A stretch of 64,000 nucleotides of DNA. It comes from a virus. A program made the position numbers and the translations under genes. The stretch's first letter is position 1; each line of letters opens with the position of its first letter. The DNA is taken from IMG/VR virus record IMGVR_UViG_3300045988_105861, positions 24,536 to 88,535 of that record. One strand, given 5' to 3'. The notes under the pieces were generated by a model that had not been told where the DNA came from, searched no databases, and saw only the letters and a list, made by a program, of their open reading frames with translations. Positions 9,533 through 19,800 of the stretch are shown piece by piece.

Positions 9533-11791
9533 ATGGGTGTCAAATGTCAGATAGAAAAAAAGGAAAATGAAATAAAACGGGTTAAGGCTCCTAACGGGGA
9601 GCCTTCCGTTCTTTACGAAAGTGCTTTAAAAGTATTAGGAAACAGCGAGCGGGCTCTTCGGGTATGGGCTAAGGCTTACACTCCTGGTTTTTTGTCGTAT
9701 TATGGTCATTGGAATAACCCGGCTCCAGGGGAGATGTTTAATACCGATCCCAATGGTGAACCTCTTTTAGAAGACGTGCTGTCGTATATGAAGCGTCAAA
9801 CTTATTTTGCCGATCCTCTAACGGATCAGGATGTTAAGGATGTAAGAGATTTTCTTTTATCTACCTATGGTGTTTATACGGCACCATCATTATCCAACAT
9901 CATTCTTCATTATTTTTATGTAGATGGTAGTTTGATACTGAATGAGCAGAATTTAAGAAGATCAGGCTTGTATAATGAAACAGAGATAAGTAGAATCTTA
10001 TCTGATCCTTCTGTTCTTAATGAAGTTTCGACATCCATGAGGAAGTTATTGGATTATTCCAATAACGAACATGATAGGGAAAAAGATAATTATTTTATGT
10101 CTGTTGACTATCAGTATGGTCCTATTGTTTACAAGGAGGGAGTGTTTAACCAATTTGGTAAAAAAGTACCATATAATCCTTCTGAGCTTTATTATGCTAT
10201 GCGTAAAACAGTAGCCGGCATAAAAAAATTTTCTGAATTTTCATCTGCTTTTGAATCGTTGAGAAATTCATATCCTGAACTGGTTGAGAAATTCGTTTCT
10301 GATAAAGAATTTGCCGAATCTATGTTTGATGAGTTCTCATCTACGAATAAGATTCCGGTAATAAACATAGAAGGGGATGATGTGGTGGAAGGCAAGAGAA
10401 GATCCTTATCTAAGCTACAAGATCTGTCTTATTACAATCCTGGCAAAATAGAGTTCCTAAGAGCTCGTATATCAGCTTATTTACATAGGGCTAATGCCGA
10501 CACCGAATCTGATTTAAGAAGCATGATATGGGATATAGAAGAGGCTTGTACGTGGTTTGGCATAGATATAATAGGGACATCGGAAACTTATGATGGCACA
10601 GAAGAATCTTTGAATAAGATAGATAATTTGATGCTGGATCTTGATATTTATGTGGCCAGGCATAATGATGTAAATTATGCTCCAACGCTGGCATCTTCTA
10701 TAGATGATGTTCTTGGTGATAGCACAGATTATTATTTTGGATTATTACCGGAGTATATGGATAATTTGAATATCGTTTATTCTGAATCCGATATAGACCC
10801 AGTAGAAGCGTTTGAGAAACATTCATTGCTTAAGGTAGGAGATAATCTATATCAAAGGATCAGCAAAGATGATCTTAACGAGATGTATCAAATATCAACA
10901 GTGTTAGCCAAGCACAACCTAACTCATTTTTCTACTAAAATATATCCTGAATCTTGTTTTAAGAACGGCGTTTTGGATAAAGAGAAAGTACGGAACGTAG
11001 ATAATAATACGCTCATGGATTCCATTAAAAAATACGTCAGATCGTTCATGGATTCTCAGAACACAGAGGACATGATAATGACCAGGATGGCGTTTGGGCA
11101 CCCGGAGGTACTTGACGTTCCTTACGTGGATGTGGATCGGGAGTATAGTCGATACATGAACAAAAAACAAGATAGCGAAAACCCATTATCCTTATTCGAT
11201 TTATACCAATCTTACCTTGACAACAAACTCCATAAAACAAAATTATATGATAATGCCTATAAGTATCTTGACTTCAAACCTGGTCCATCTTTGGGCCTTA
11301 TTTCTGATGATCCTGATATTTTGAAATCAATAGAATTATCTTTATCTGGAAAAGACAGGTTGATGTTGTTTGATTATAGCATGACCAGTACCGACCCTTC
11401 TTTATCAGAATTGTTTTATTTGGAGAAGTATGACCCTTCGTATGCCGGGAATGATTTTGAACACTATTTTTACACCAGGCACCCGTATTTGTTAAAAGAA
11501 AAATCGGGCCCTAATATCGTAGAGCAAGATGGTGTTATAACAGCCGAAGGTATTTATGATAATTTTATAAGAGTAGGTAATAAGATATGGTCTAAAGTAA
11601 GCGAAAGTAGTTCCGGCTCTATCTACCAAAATCTAACAGGGACCGAATCGGAGGTGAAATACGATTCTACCCAGAAGGCTAAGACAGTAGGAACCGATTA
11701 CGCTCCATACCAAAACAGATCTGGCTTGACGCAAGATATGACCATAAGCAAGTCTGAATTGGATGATCTTAACAAATTAGAATGCAAATAA
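9533..11791 (+). CDS. Large protein (752 aa), function unknown.
   Basis: Long ORF, same strand and spacing as the giant genes, followed by a terminator hairpin. Confidence 0.7.
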   Translation: MGVKCQIEKKENEIKRVKAPNGEPSVLYESALKVLGNSERALRVWAKAYTPGFLSYYGHWNNPAPGEMFNTDPNGEPLLEDVLSYMKRQTYFADPLTDQDVKDVRDFLLSTYGVYTAPSLSNIILHYFYVDGSLILNEQNLRRSGLYNETEISRILSDPSVLNEVSTSMRKLLDYSNNEHDREKDNYFMSVDYQYGPIVYKEGVFNQFGKKVPYNPSELYYAMRKTVAGIKKFSEFSSAFESLRNSYPELVEKFVSDKEFAESMFDEFSSTNKIPVINIEGDDVVEGKRRSLSKLQDLSYYNPGKIEFLRARISAYLHRANADTESDLRSMIWDIEEACTWFGIDIIGTSETYDGTEESLNKIDNLMLDLDIYVARHNDVNYAPTLASSIDDVLGDSTDYYFGLLPEYMDNLNIVYSESDIDPVEAFEKHSLLKVGDNLYQRISKDDLNEMYQISTVLAKHNLTHFSTKIYPESCFKNGVLDKEKVRNVDNNTLMDSIKKYVRSFMDSQNTEDMIMTRMAFGHPEVLDVPYVDVDREYSRYMNKKQDSENPLSLFDLYQSYLDNKLHKTKLYDNAYKYLDFKPGPSLGLISDDPDILKSIELSLSGKDRLMLFDYSMTSTDPSLSELFYLEKYDPSYAGNDFEHYFYTRHPYLLKEKSGPNIVEQDGVITAEGIYDNFIRVGNKIWSKVSESSSGSIYQNLTGTESEVKYDSTQKAKTVGTDYAPYQNRSGLTQDMTISKSELDDLNKLECK

Positions 11792-11836
11792 TTTTTGTAT
11801 ATATATAATATAGCTTTTTCATAGTTATAATTTGGG

Positions 11837-11870
11837 AAGTGAGGCTTGTGAAAGTCTCACTTTTCTTGTA
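11837..11870 (+). terminator. Rho-independent terminator after the 752-aa gene.
   Basis: AAGTGAGGC / GTCTCACTT stem (one G-U), 8-nt loop, then TTTTCTTGT. Confidence 0.6.
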
Positions 11871-12289
11871 TATGCACGTATATCAATAACATACAAGAAA
11901 AGTTAGATTTTCATTGTTTATGGATTATTTTTGTTAAATTTGCGATATTAGTTTCGGGAAGGGATTATAGAAATAGGAAAAAGTAAGAACCGGACGTAAC
12001 TAATAACAGTAGGAAATGAGAATCAGTACCATCAAACGTAACAACAGCATTCATCTTATGTATAGAAACATTATGAATGATTTAGGTCAATTAAGAACTG
12101 TAGTTTCAAAATCCTATATTTATAATCTGATACAAAATCAAACCGGATTAAGTATCAGAACTATGTCCCATGTCTTGAATCACACGAAAGAACAGGATAC
12201 AGATTCTTTGTGAAAACCATACATTTTCATACATTTGTGTGTTCTTTAGTTTTTAGATTTAAGTTTTTCATGGTATTAGTTTAGATTAG

Positions 12290-12330
12290 TGTAGATCAGG
12301 GTTCGCAGTGATGCGGGCCCTGGTTTGTTT
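12290..12330 (+). promoter_or_regulatory. 11-bp hairpin (CAGGGTTCGCA-GTGA-TGCGGGCCCTG) followed by GTTTGTTTT. Terminator-like element upstream of the Bro-N gene.
   Basis: Seen in sequence. Short TTAGATT-type direct repeats lie just upstream (12240-12295). Confidence 0.4.
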
Positions 12331-12370
12331 TAAAAAGTATTAAAATATTTGCCATTTAAAATCCTGTTCC

Positions 12371-12378
12371 TATCTTTG
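12371..12378 (+). promoter_or_regulatory. TATCTTTG -7 promoter motif upstream of the Bro-N gene.
   Basis: Matches TAnnTTTG, 40 nt before the 12419 start. Confidence 0.3.
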
Positions 12379-12418
12379 CTCCAGAAACAATAAACGACGA
12401 GATCCCACCTCTGGTTGT

Positions 12419-13387
12419 TTGATGTTGAAAGATATTTTTGGCTCATTAGGGTTTGTCATAGTGGGATCTGACATTCTCTTTTGGGCCTATTTTTTTTTAA
12501 TTATGGATAAAGTTTCTGTTTTTGAAAGTTCGGATTTTGGAGAGCTTAGGATTATTGTAGATCCAAAAGGAGATGTTTGGTTCGTGGCGTCAGATGTAGC
12601 TAAATCTCTTGGGTATGTAAATGCTAAAGATGCGATAAAAAGACATGTGGATAATGATGATTCTATGCTTTTGCAAGTATCTGATAATCAATGGGGCGTT
12701 AATCAATCCCTATTGAAAACCAGATACATAGATAGTATAAGAATAATTAATGAATCCGGTTTATATTCTCTTATATTATCTTCAAAATTAGAGTCTGCTA
12801 AAAGATTTAAGAAATGGGTAACATCTGAGGTCCTTCCTTCTATTCGTAAAACAGGAGAATATAAAACAAGTTCTGGTGGAAAGGGAATTTTGGTTCCTGA
12901 CTTTTCTAATCCAGCAGATGCAGCAAGAGCATGGGCCGATCAGTATGAAGCTGCTCAGAGAGCTATAGCTGAAAAATCTCAGGCAGAGGCAGAGAAGCAA
13001 CAGGCTTTGAAAACAATAGAAGAACACAAGCCCGATGTAGAATTTGCCGAGTCTTTTAGGAAAGTAGACCATAACAATATGTGGCTAATTCGTGATATTG
13101 CAAAGAAGTTAGAGCAAAATGGTGTTATCATAGCCGAAAAGAATCTTCGTTTGTTTCTTGAAGAAGCCAAGTTTATGTTTAGGAACGGTCTTGGCAAATG
13201 GGAGTTGTACAGTAATGTTGTAGCTAAAGGGTATGGAGTGTATAGATCTTATTTCATAGATAAGTATTCTGGTGATAGAATCAATCAACAAACTATCTAC
13301 ATGACTGGCGCCGGATATGAAGTAACTCTAAATGGTATAAAAGGAAAACTCAAAAATGTATTTCTAAAATATGGCAAATTTGTTTAA
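12419..13387 (+). CDS. Bro-N / KilA-C family phage antirepressor-like protein. The real start is probably the ATG at 12503.
   Basis: Bro-N signature ELRIIVDPKGDVWFVASDVAKSLGY...YSLILSSKLESAKRFKKWVTSEVLPSIRKTGEY. Coiled-coil C-terminal half. The ORF-track N-terminus is hydrophobic junk. Confidence 0.8.
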   Translation: MMLKDIFGSLGFVIVGSDILFWAYFFLIMDKVSVFESSDFGELRIIVDPKGDVWFVASDVAKSLGYVNAKDAIKRHVDNDDSMLLQVSDNQWGVNQSLLKTRYIDSIRIINESGLYSLILSSKLESAKRFKKWVTSEVLPSIRKTGEYKTSSGGKGILVPDFSNPADAARAWADQYEAAQRAIAEKSQAEAEKQQALKTIEEHKPDVEFAESFRKVDHNNMWLIRDIAKKLEQNGVIIAEKNLRLFLEEAKFMFRNGLGKWELYSNVVAKGYGVYRSYFIDKYSGDRINQQTIYMTGAGYEVTLNGIKGKLKNVFLKYGKFV

Positions 13388-13395
13388 GTTTATTT

Positions 13396-13442
13396 ACAGG
13401 TAGTGTTTTTTTTAAGAATGAAAAGTACTACCTGTTTTTTTG
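13396..13442 (+). terminator. Rho-independent terminator.
   Basis: Perfect 9-bp stem ACAGGTAGT / ACTACCTGT followed by T7. Confidence 0.75.
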
Positions 13443-13737
13443 TTTCTGTTTTTGCTGAAAATATTTCTCTTCTATAGGAAACAAACACACCTGTATTCCA
13501 CCCTGCAATCATGATCTTTGTTACGTGCTTCATGCACGTATGTTTAACAATTAAATACTATAAAATTATGGGTGGTGATAAAATCGTCCTTTTAGATGGA
13601 GCCGGGGCTAACGGTGGTGGTGCAGCCACTAACGGTCTTCTTTCAATGATTCCCGGCATGTTTGCTAATTTGATAGGTGGTAATAAAATGGATCCGAACC
13701 CAGGTATCTTCCTCCTCAGCCAGGTCAGTATCAGGCG

Positions 13738-14091
13738 ATGCAGACCCGCGTGGTGGATCTGACGGTAGAGCTCACTGGCGAAACCAAGACCTATACGGTC
13801 CCGGAATCCCAGAATGTGGCTAAGGCTATGGGTATAACATTATCTACCAGCATAGATCCGATTATGAACGAACTGAATGCTATAAAAAGCACCAGTCAAG
13901 ACATAATAGACAGCGTAGATACCCATCGTGTCAAGATAGAGGCTTGTGAATCTATATTAGAAGACATCAATCCGGCATTCAAACAAACGAGAGAGCAGGA
14001 TCGTAAAATAGCTGGTATAGAAAATAAGGTGAATGACCTTACTGATTCATTCGAAGATTTAAAGAAGTTGATTGTAGAACGTTTGAAATAA
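13738..14091 (+). CDS. Hypothetical coiled-coil protein (117 aa).
   Basis: ORF with heptad-like charged repeats. Preceded by an overlapping Gly-rich ORF (13567-13762). Confidence 0.5.
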   Translation: MQTRVVDLTVELTGETKTYTVPESQNVAKAMGITLSTSIDPIMNELNAIKSTSQDIIDSVDTHRVKIEACESILEDINPAFKQTREQDRKIAGIENKVNDLTDSFEDLKKLIVERLK

Positions 14092-14098
14092 GTATAAT

Positions 14099-14476
14099 AT
14101 GATAGTATATGATTTAAATTCAGGACACAGAGAATATCCTGGATATGACGAGATAGAAGACAGACGAGGTGGAGGCAGAGGCAGAAGCCGTCGTTCTGAT
14201 GGGACGTACATGGAGTACGGACATGGGTTCCTTCCTCCTTACGATCATTATGGTATGCATGAGAAGATGAAGGAAATGGAAGAACGCGAAAACGAGTTGG
14301 AAGAAAGGGAAAGAAGGCTCGAAGAGCGCGAACGTCGTCATGAAATGGAGGACCGGGAATACCGGAGGATGGGTTACGAATCCTACCCGACCGATTACTA
14401 TGGAGACGACAGATACTACGGTGACGGACCTCAGATGCGTAGAGGTCGCGGACGTGGCAGAGGTCGTTCTTATTGA
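14099..14476 (+). CDS. Low-complexity RG/RGG- and ER-repeat protein (125 aa).
   Basis: GGGRGRSRRSD at the N-terminus, an EERENELEERERRLEERERRHE core, and RRGRGRGRGRSY at the C-terminus. Confidence 0.45.
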   Translation: MIVYDLNSGHREYPGYDEIEDRRGGGRGRSRRSDGTYMEYGHGFLPPYDHYGMHEKMKEMEERENELEERERRLEERERRHEMEDREYRRMGYESYPTDYYGDDRYYGDGPQMRRGRGRGRGRSY

Positions 14477-14569
14477 GGAGCAGACGCAGAGGATCCAGCT
14501 TATCAGAAATATGTAGATACTTACGGCTACCATTTTTCTAATGCTCTTGCTGATGAGGCGGTAAAGAAG

Positions 14570-14863
14570 ATGGTCAACGTCGATGGATCCAAGAGGATCT
14601 GGAAGCAGCCGGAAATAAAAGATATTTTTGAAAAGTGCGGAGCGAAGAAGCCGGATAAAGCGACATGGGGCGATGTCCAATATGTCTTTGCAATGTACTA
14701 TTCGGATGGTTTTCCGAAGGTCTTCAAATGTGAGAACGAGTTGGTGAAAGCTACGTTAATGTATTTGGATGATCCGGATGCTCCCGAAGGAGTAGCCTTT
14801 ATAAGATGGCTTGCCGTGCAAGATTACCTCGGCGAAAAAATAAACTGGAAGGATCTGACCTGA
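14570..14863 (+). CDS. Hypothetical protein (97 aa).
   Basis: ORF followed by a GC-rich hairpin terminator. Confidence 0.5.
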   Translation: MVNVDGSKRIWKQPEIKDIFEKCGAKKPDKATWGDVQYVFAMYYSDGFPKVFKCENELVKATLMYLDDPDAPEGVAFIRWLAVQDYLGEKINWKDLT

Positions 14864-14964
14864 GATCCAGGCCCAGGCCCTTCCGGTGGTGCGGGAGCCA
14901 TAGTAAAAAATATGATTCCCGCATTCCCGTTTTTCCCGTTTGGAAAAAGGAATAAAAATGTTAT

Positions 14965-15022
14965 ACCGGTCGGCGGGCAATAGAATACCCGTGGCCGGTT
15001 TGTTTCACATAACTTTTTTTTG
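14965..15022 (+). terminator. GC-rich hairpin (ACCGGTCGGCGGG...CCCGTGGCCGGT) followed by a U-rich tract.
   Basis: Imperfect ~12-bp stem, then TTTGTTTCAC...T9. Confidence 0.5.
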
Positions 15023-15025
15023 GAT

Positions 15026-15202
15026 ATGAATATGGCACACGAATCTAAATCAAATAAAACCCCATTGTATTTAATAGGAGAGTTGATTGGCGTACCGAAT
15101 ACGGTTATGGACTCAGCATTGCATGAACTGAAAGATAGAATAGACAAAGACCCTAAATATAAAGATGTTAAAAATTGGCTCGAATCTTTACCAAAGATCT
15201 GA
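15026..15202 (+). CDS. Small hypothetical protein (~58 aa).
   Basis: ATG at 15026. The ORF track starts on TTG at 15020. Confidence 0.4.
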   Translation: MNMAHESKSNKTPLYLIGELIGVPNTVMDSALHELKDRIDKDPKYKDVKNWLESLPKI

Positions 15203-15225
15203 ACCTATTTTTTTTCAATACCAGG

Positions 15226-15260
15226 CCCGATGCGATTTTAACGTATCGGGTTTTTATTTT
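15226..15260 (+). terminator. Rho-independent terminator.
   Basis: CCCGATGCG / CGTATCGGG stem (one G-U) followed by TTTTTATTTT. Confidence 0.75.
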
Positions 15261-15330
15261 AATTCATATTGTTTTATTTTAAATCTAATTAATTCATAAA
15301 TGTCGTACTTTTGTTGAAAAAGTATTCTAT

Positions 15331-15558
15331 ATGGAAAATAAGGAAGATTACGTTGGTTACGAAGATCAGGAACTGTGTAACCGATATTACAAAGAGGCTG
15401 AAGCCATGAGGCAAAAGCAGGACTGGTCTCGGCTTAGGGCTGTCCCTGCTCCGGCCAAGGGAACGCCATCGCCCGGCTGGGGTCAGCTTGGACGTGGAAA
15501 TGATGTCCGTGTTAAGTACGTTAGCATCAATTCAGGATTAGGAGGGGACAGATTATGA
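15331..15558 (+). CDS. Small hypothetical protein (75 aa).
   Basis: ORF. Its stop overlaps the next start (ATGA at 15555). Confidence 0.4.
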   Translation: MENKEDYVGYEDQELCNRYYKEAEAMRQKQDWSRLRAVPAPAKGTPSPGWGQLGRGNDVRVKYVSINSGLGGDRL

Positions 15559-15770
15559 CTGTAGAAGAATTGGCTAATAAAAGATACAGTGGCGAATTTG
15601 TTTTCATGCTTGGTCATTTGGAAGGTATAACAAGATTCGTTTTTGAATGTTTTGATCCCAGACCTGATCACGAAGGTAAAAATACTTATATGGTTTCCTA
15701 TTTTGATAAGGGACTTCGTAGAAGAGATGTGGTAGATGTGCCATGTTATATGAATGTTTTAGCAAAATAA
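15555..15770 (+). CDS. Small hypothetical protein (71 aa).
   Basis: ORF translationally coupled to the previous one. Confidence 0.45.
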   Translation: MTVEELANKRYSGEFVFMLGHLEGITRFVFECFDPRPDHEGKNTYMVSYFDKGLRRRDVVDVPCYMNVLAK

Positions 15771-15790
15771 ATTAAAATATTGTAAATATC

Positions 15791-16066
15791 GTGGTTAGAA
15801 TCGCATATTTCGGAACCGATGGCTGCCCCGGTCATCACGTTATTCCAATACGAGGTAAATTCACAGAAGAGGATATTAAGGTAATAGAATCTGTAGATTG
15901 TGATGATTTCTATAAGGTGTTTGATGTCATGCGTTTTAAGATAGCTGAGTTTAAAGGATGGACGATATTAGGAATCCCGGCAAGCTTAGACGATCATAGA
16001 CCTGGAAGCAAAACCGTTATCTTCATAGAAGGTAAAGCTAACGAAGCTGATTTTATGATTATTTAA
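15791..16066 (+). CDS. Small hypothetical protein (91 aa).
   Basis: ORF. Confidence 0.5.
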   Translation: MVRIAYFGTDGCPGHHVIPIRGKFTEEDIKVIESVDCDDFYKVFDVMRFKIAEFKGWTILGIPASLDDHRPGSKTVIFIEGKANEADFMII

Positions 16067-16141
16067 TCAGCAAAACCACCATACTTTAGTAGGTGGATGA
16101 ATTGGTTTGATTAATTTTGAATCAAAATTACAGATAAAAAA

Positions 16142-16366
16142 ATGATTTCATACAAATACAACATATACCATTCAAAGAAAACAAAGTATCTGGAAAGGAT
16201 GCTTCGTGAATGTTGTTTTGTATGGAATCATGCGTTAGCTCTACAACGTAGATACTACAAACTATTTGGGAAATATGGTAAACCAAAAGAAGAACGTCGA
16301 ATGATGTTTGTTTGTGGTGATGATATTGCTTCTCTTATAAAGCGGTTTGAAAACGAATCAAAGTAA
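16142..16366 (+). CDS. Small hypothetical protein (74 aa).
   Basis: ORF immediately followed by a strong terminator. Confidence 0.5.
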   Translation: MISYKYNIYHSKKTKYLERMLRECCFVWNHALALQRRYYKLFGKYGKPKEERRMMFVCGDDIASLIKRFENESK

Positions 16367-16370
16367 TATA

Positions 16371-16403
16371 AAGTCGGACATGTATCTTGTCCGACTTTTT
16401 TTA
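16371..16403 (+). terminator. Rho-independent terminator.
   Basis: Perfect 10-bp stem AAGTCGGACA / TGTCCGACTT, 7-nt loop, T7 run. Confidence 0.85.
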
Positions 16404-16415
16404 TATATTTGTGGC

Positions 16416-16739
16416 ATGGCAAGAGGTTATTATTGGATACCACAAACAGATGAAACGTTAAATGGCAGAAGCTATTACGTGGCTAAGATAGTAGGGGATA
16501 TCACGTTTGATACTAAACGAAAAAGAATCGTATTTCAAGCTGATAGGTATTTCCCTGTAGGATCTGTTTTCCATTTTACGCACAATTGCTTCAATTATAT
16601 CATAACTTGCCGACTTCGCAAGCCAGGGCTTTGGTTTGAAGCCAGGAGAGAAGATTCAGGCCCTATTTGCCCTGAAGATATTGAGCGCTTTGAATCGGGA
16701 AGGTTTATACACCGAGATGGGTACATGCATTACATATAA
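16416..16739 (+). CDS. Hypothetical protein (~107 aa). The start was moved to the ATG after the terminator.
   Basis: The ORF-track start (16347) would read through the 16371-16403 terminator. ATG at 16416 gives MARGYYW... Confidence 0.5.
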   Translation: MARGYYWIPQTDETLNGRSYYVAKIVGDITFDTKRKRIVFQADRYFPVGSVFHFTHNCFNYIITCRLRKPGLWFEARREDSGPICPEDIERFESGRFIHRDGYMHYI

Positions 16740-16747
16740 GCTGAACT

Positions 16748-16782
16748 TGACGATTTTTCGTCAGATTATAATTTTTTTTTTC
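16748..16782 (+). terminator. Weak terminator (7-bp stem TTGACGA/TCGTCAG plus T10).
   Basis: Seen in sequence. There is an 8-nt spacer before the T-run. Confidence 0.4.
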
Positions 16783-16852
16783 ATATTATTTTTAAGCCAT
16801 CAGACTGAGAAGTTAGATGGCTTTATTTTCTATGATATGCTTGATTTTTAAC

Positions 16853-16860
16853 TACCTTTG
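16853..16860 (+). promoter_or_regulatory. TACCTTTG -7 promoter motif upstream of the 2140-aa gene.
   Basis: Matches TAnnTTTG, 24 nt before the ATG at 16884. Confidence 0.3.
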
Positions 16861-16883
16861 TCTCATAACAAAAATGTTTTACT

Positions 16884-19800
16884 ATGACATCAACGTGTAT
16901 TATTAAAAGAGATAATAAAAAGAAAGTTGTTTCTGTCTCTACCAGATCAGGGGACAGGTCTATGTTGTTTGATAAAATAGCATCTATTCCTCTTATGGAG
17001 AACAGGGAACGGGCTACTACTGTTTTTAAAACCGTATTTTCCAACAAGTTCTTAAAGGCTTTTGGCGACTGGAGAAAGAGAGTGCCTATCAACAAACAGG
17101 CTTATAATAAGGTAAAATCTAACATCGGCCTTATTCCAGAGACCTATAGAGAAAGGGTGCTGGATAAGGCCTCTAAGATGAGCAACCCTGTTCTTGTGTC
17201 AAAATCAGATGCACCTTATGAAATCCGAGAATCGGGCTTTGGATTCTATAGCCAAGATCTGGGTGATAATATTATGTTGGTGGATGCTATGATCCCATCA
17301 AGTATTTCCGTACCGGAAGAACCAGGAATAGACGCCGGGCAGTATTTACAAGATGCTATATCTTCGGACTTCACTCCCGTATCTGTGGTACAGGATAAGG
17401 GTGTTAATTATATGGTTATAAAAGACGGTCTTAAGATATTTAGCCCAGAAGAGCTACCAGAAACAGATTCTAATCCTGTGGGTGTAACGTATCAGACTGG
17501 AGAGCCTCGTTTGTTTTTCATGAACGATCGTAGTCAATTATTTGAAGATTACGGAGAAGCTCTTCGCTCTGGCGGGAATGATATTAGAATAGGATTATTA
17601 TCAGGAACCGTTCAAGAATCTACCGTGGATGGCGTGGCAGACATTACTTACAAAGCTGGAAAGTATGTTCTTAATAATCCCAAGTCTTTTATACCGGTCA
17701 TGACCGCTTCTGCTTCTACTTCTTTATCAACAAAAGGCGGGATAATTAACTACCTTATAAAGAAAGGTCTTTTGTCAGGATCTAAGATATTCGATTCTGA
17801 AACAAGAAGCTATTATCTTACAGGAGAAGGTTATACAGGACAAATTAGACTTTTCAATTCAGCCTTATCATACACCGAGCTCCGTAATCATTTTGGTTCC
17901 GATGTTTCCATGAACGACCAAGGTATGATAACCATAAGCTCGTTGGATAACAGTAAGGTAACTATGAGACTCGCCACCGGAGGAACGGAAAGGGTTAGTA
18001 GGGAACAGATAAAGAACGATCTTAAGTCAGGAAGATACAATGAATTGGACGCCAAGTACGATCATTTTGATGCGCTTGTAGTTTCATTCATATTAGAAGA
18101 TAACGATCTTTATGCTGATACTAAAGCTAAGATCGTATCAGATTATAGCAGGCAGGAACGTGACCAACGAAATTCTATTGTCGAGATACTGAAAACGCTT
18201 GGCGTTAGTGTCATAGGTATGACCGACTATATAGAGAAGTACCAAACCAAATACGGGCACGAACCTTCTGCTAAGGCATTGGCGGATATTGCTAATAACG
18301 TAATAGCAGTTGGTGAAGATGCTACTTTATCTGATTTAGTAGAAGAAACAGCCCACTTCCTTGTAGAGGCATACAGAGATCAGAATGCTGTTGAGGCTGT
18401 TCTGCAAGATGTGGAAGGTACGGAAGAGTGGAACCAGTATGCAGGTCAGTATTATAATACATACGGTAAAGCGTATGAAGGAGCTGAGCTTGATAATGCT
18501 GTTAGGAGAGAAATTCTTGGAAAGATCCTCGCCAGGGAGATGCAGACCGGCACAGCACAGGCGCCGGTAGAGCCCACCTCCTTCCTGGGGCGCGTCCGGC
18601 GGCTTTTCTCTGGAATAGTAAGCTGGCTTAAATCAGCTTTATCAACCCAAAGACAAGATTTGAATAACGTTATTAAAAACATTCGTGATCTTGCCATTAC
18701 TGACATAGATAAAGGATTTGACACTTCTCTGTTAAAGGATAATGACTTTACATTATACTCCCTTTCTTCTATGAACAAGAACAAGTTTCTTGAGTCTAAG
18801 ATCAGATCGCTAAGAAAAACATTAAGAGACTTACGTCAGATAAGCTCTGATAGGGCTGTAACTACGTCTATGACCCTTGCTCAGCTTAAGACCATAGAAG
18901 ATAAGATAAATAAAGTAGAGACCGAGATAGACAAGAATGAGATGGCGGCTGCCATGAACAGCATGATCTCCACAGCCGAAGCTCAGGTCAGATACTTAAG
19001 CAATGTGGTGAACACCATCCTTCATGGTGATACCAAAGACGGTAAGCTTCACTTCAATACCAATGATCGAAAGAACGTAGATATTATCAACAATCAGGTT
19101 CTTCCGATCATGAACGATCTTCGAGGATATATCCGTAACAGAAGTACCGAATTTGATGAACGTGAAAAGCAGGATTATACAAATAGGATCAATACCGTCA
19201 TTGCCGACATCAATGGTATTCAGTCTGATATTAAATCAGTACAAGACCTTGATGAAAGTACGTTGCTTGATAAGTTAATGAACGAACTTCATGTGCCGGC
19301 AGATAAGGTAAAGAGAGTAAAAGAATTTTTCGACAAGGTTCAACACGATGTTTCTTGGATAAGTAGGTGGTTTGGTATATTAGAGCATTCTTCCAGTCCG
19401 TTCAATAACGCTCTTGGAGCTATGATTGCCAAAGACAATTACAATGCGATGGTGAATGCCCAGCCCGCCATATCCGACTTCCTGGCATATGCTAAAAAGC
19501 ATGGTTTTAACAAATCTGAATTTGAAAAACTGCTTCAGAAAGTAGACGGCAAAACTTCTAATTACCTTCGTAGTGCTCTTGATATGGCTAAATACGATCG
19601 TAATAAGAAGCTGGCGCAGATGCGAGCGTTTGCGACTGCCATGAACATAGAGATATCAGAAGAAGAAATTGGTGATGTGGTTGACAATAACCGTAATTAC
19701 GTATTTAAAAGAGAAGTAGTTGACAAGGATGGAAATACGGTTACTGAAAACGCTAAATTCAAACCATCGTCTGATAGAGTTAATACCGATATTTTTACCA

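Noticed and set aside
12016-12213. 65-aa plus-strand ORF in the 630-bp gap upstream of the Bro-N gene.
   Set aside because: It has no start context, no coupling and an odd composition. The gap is better explained by regulatory hairpins and direct repeats. Treated as non-coding.
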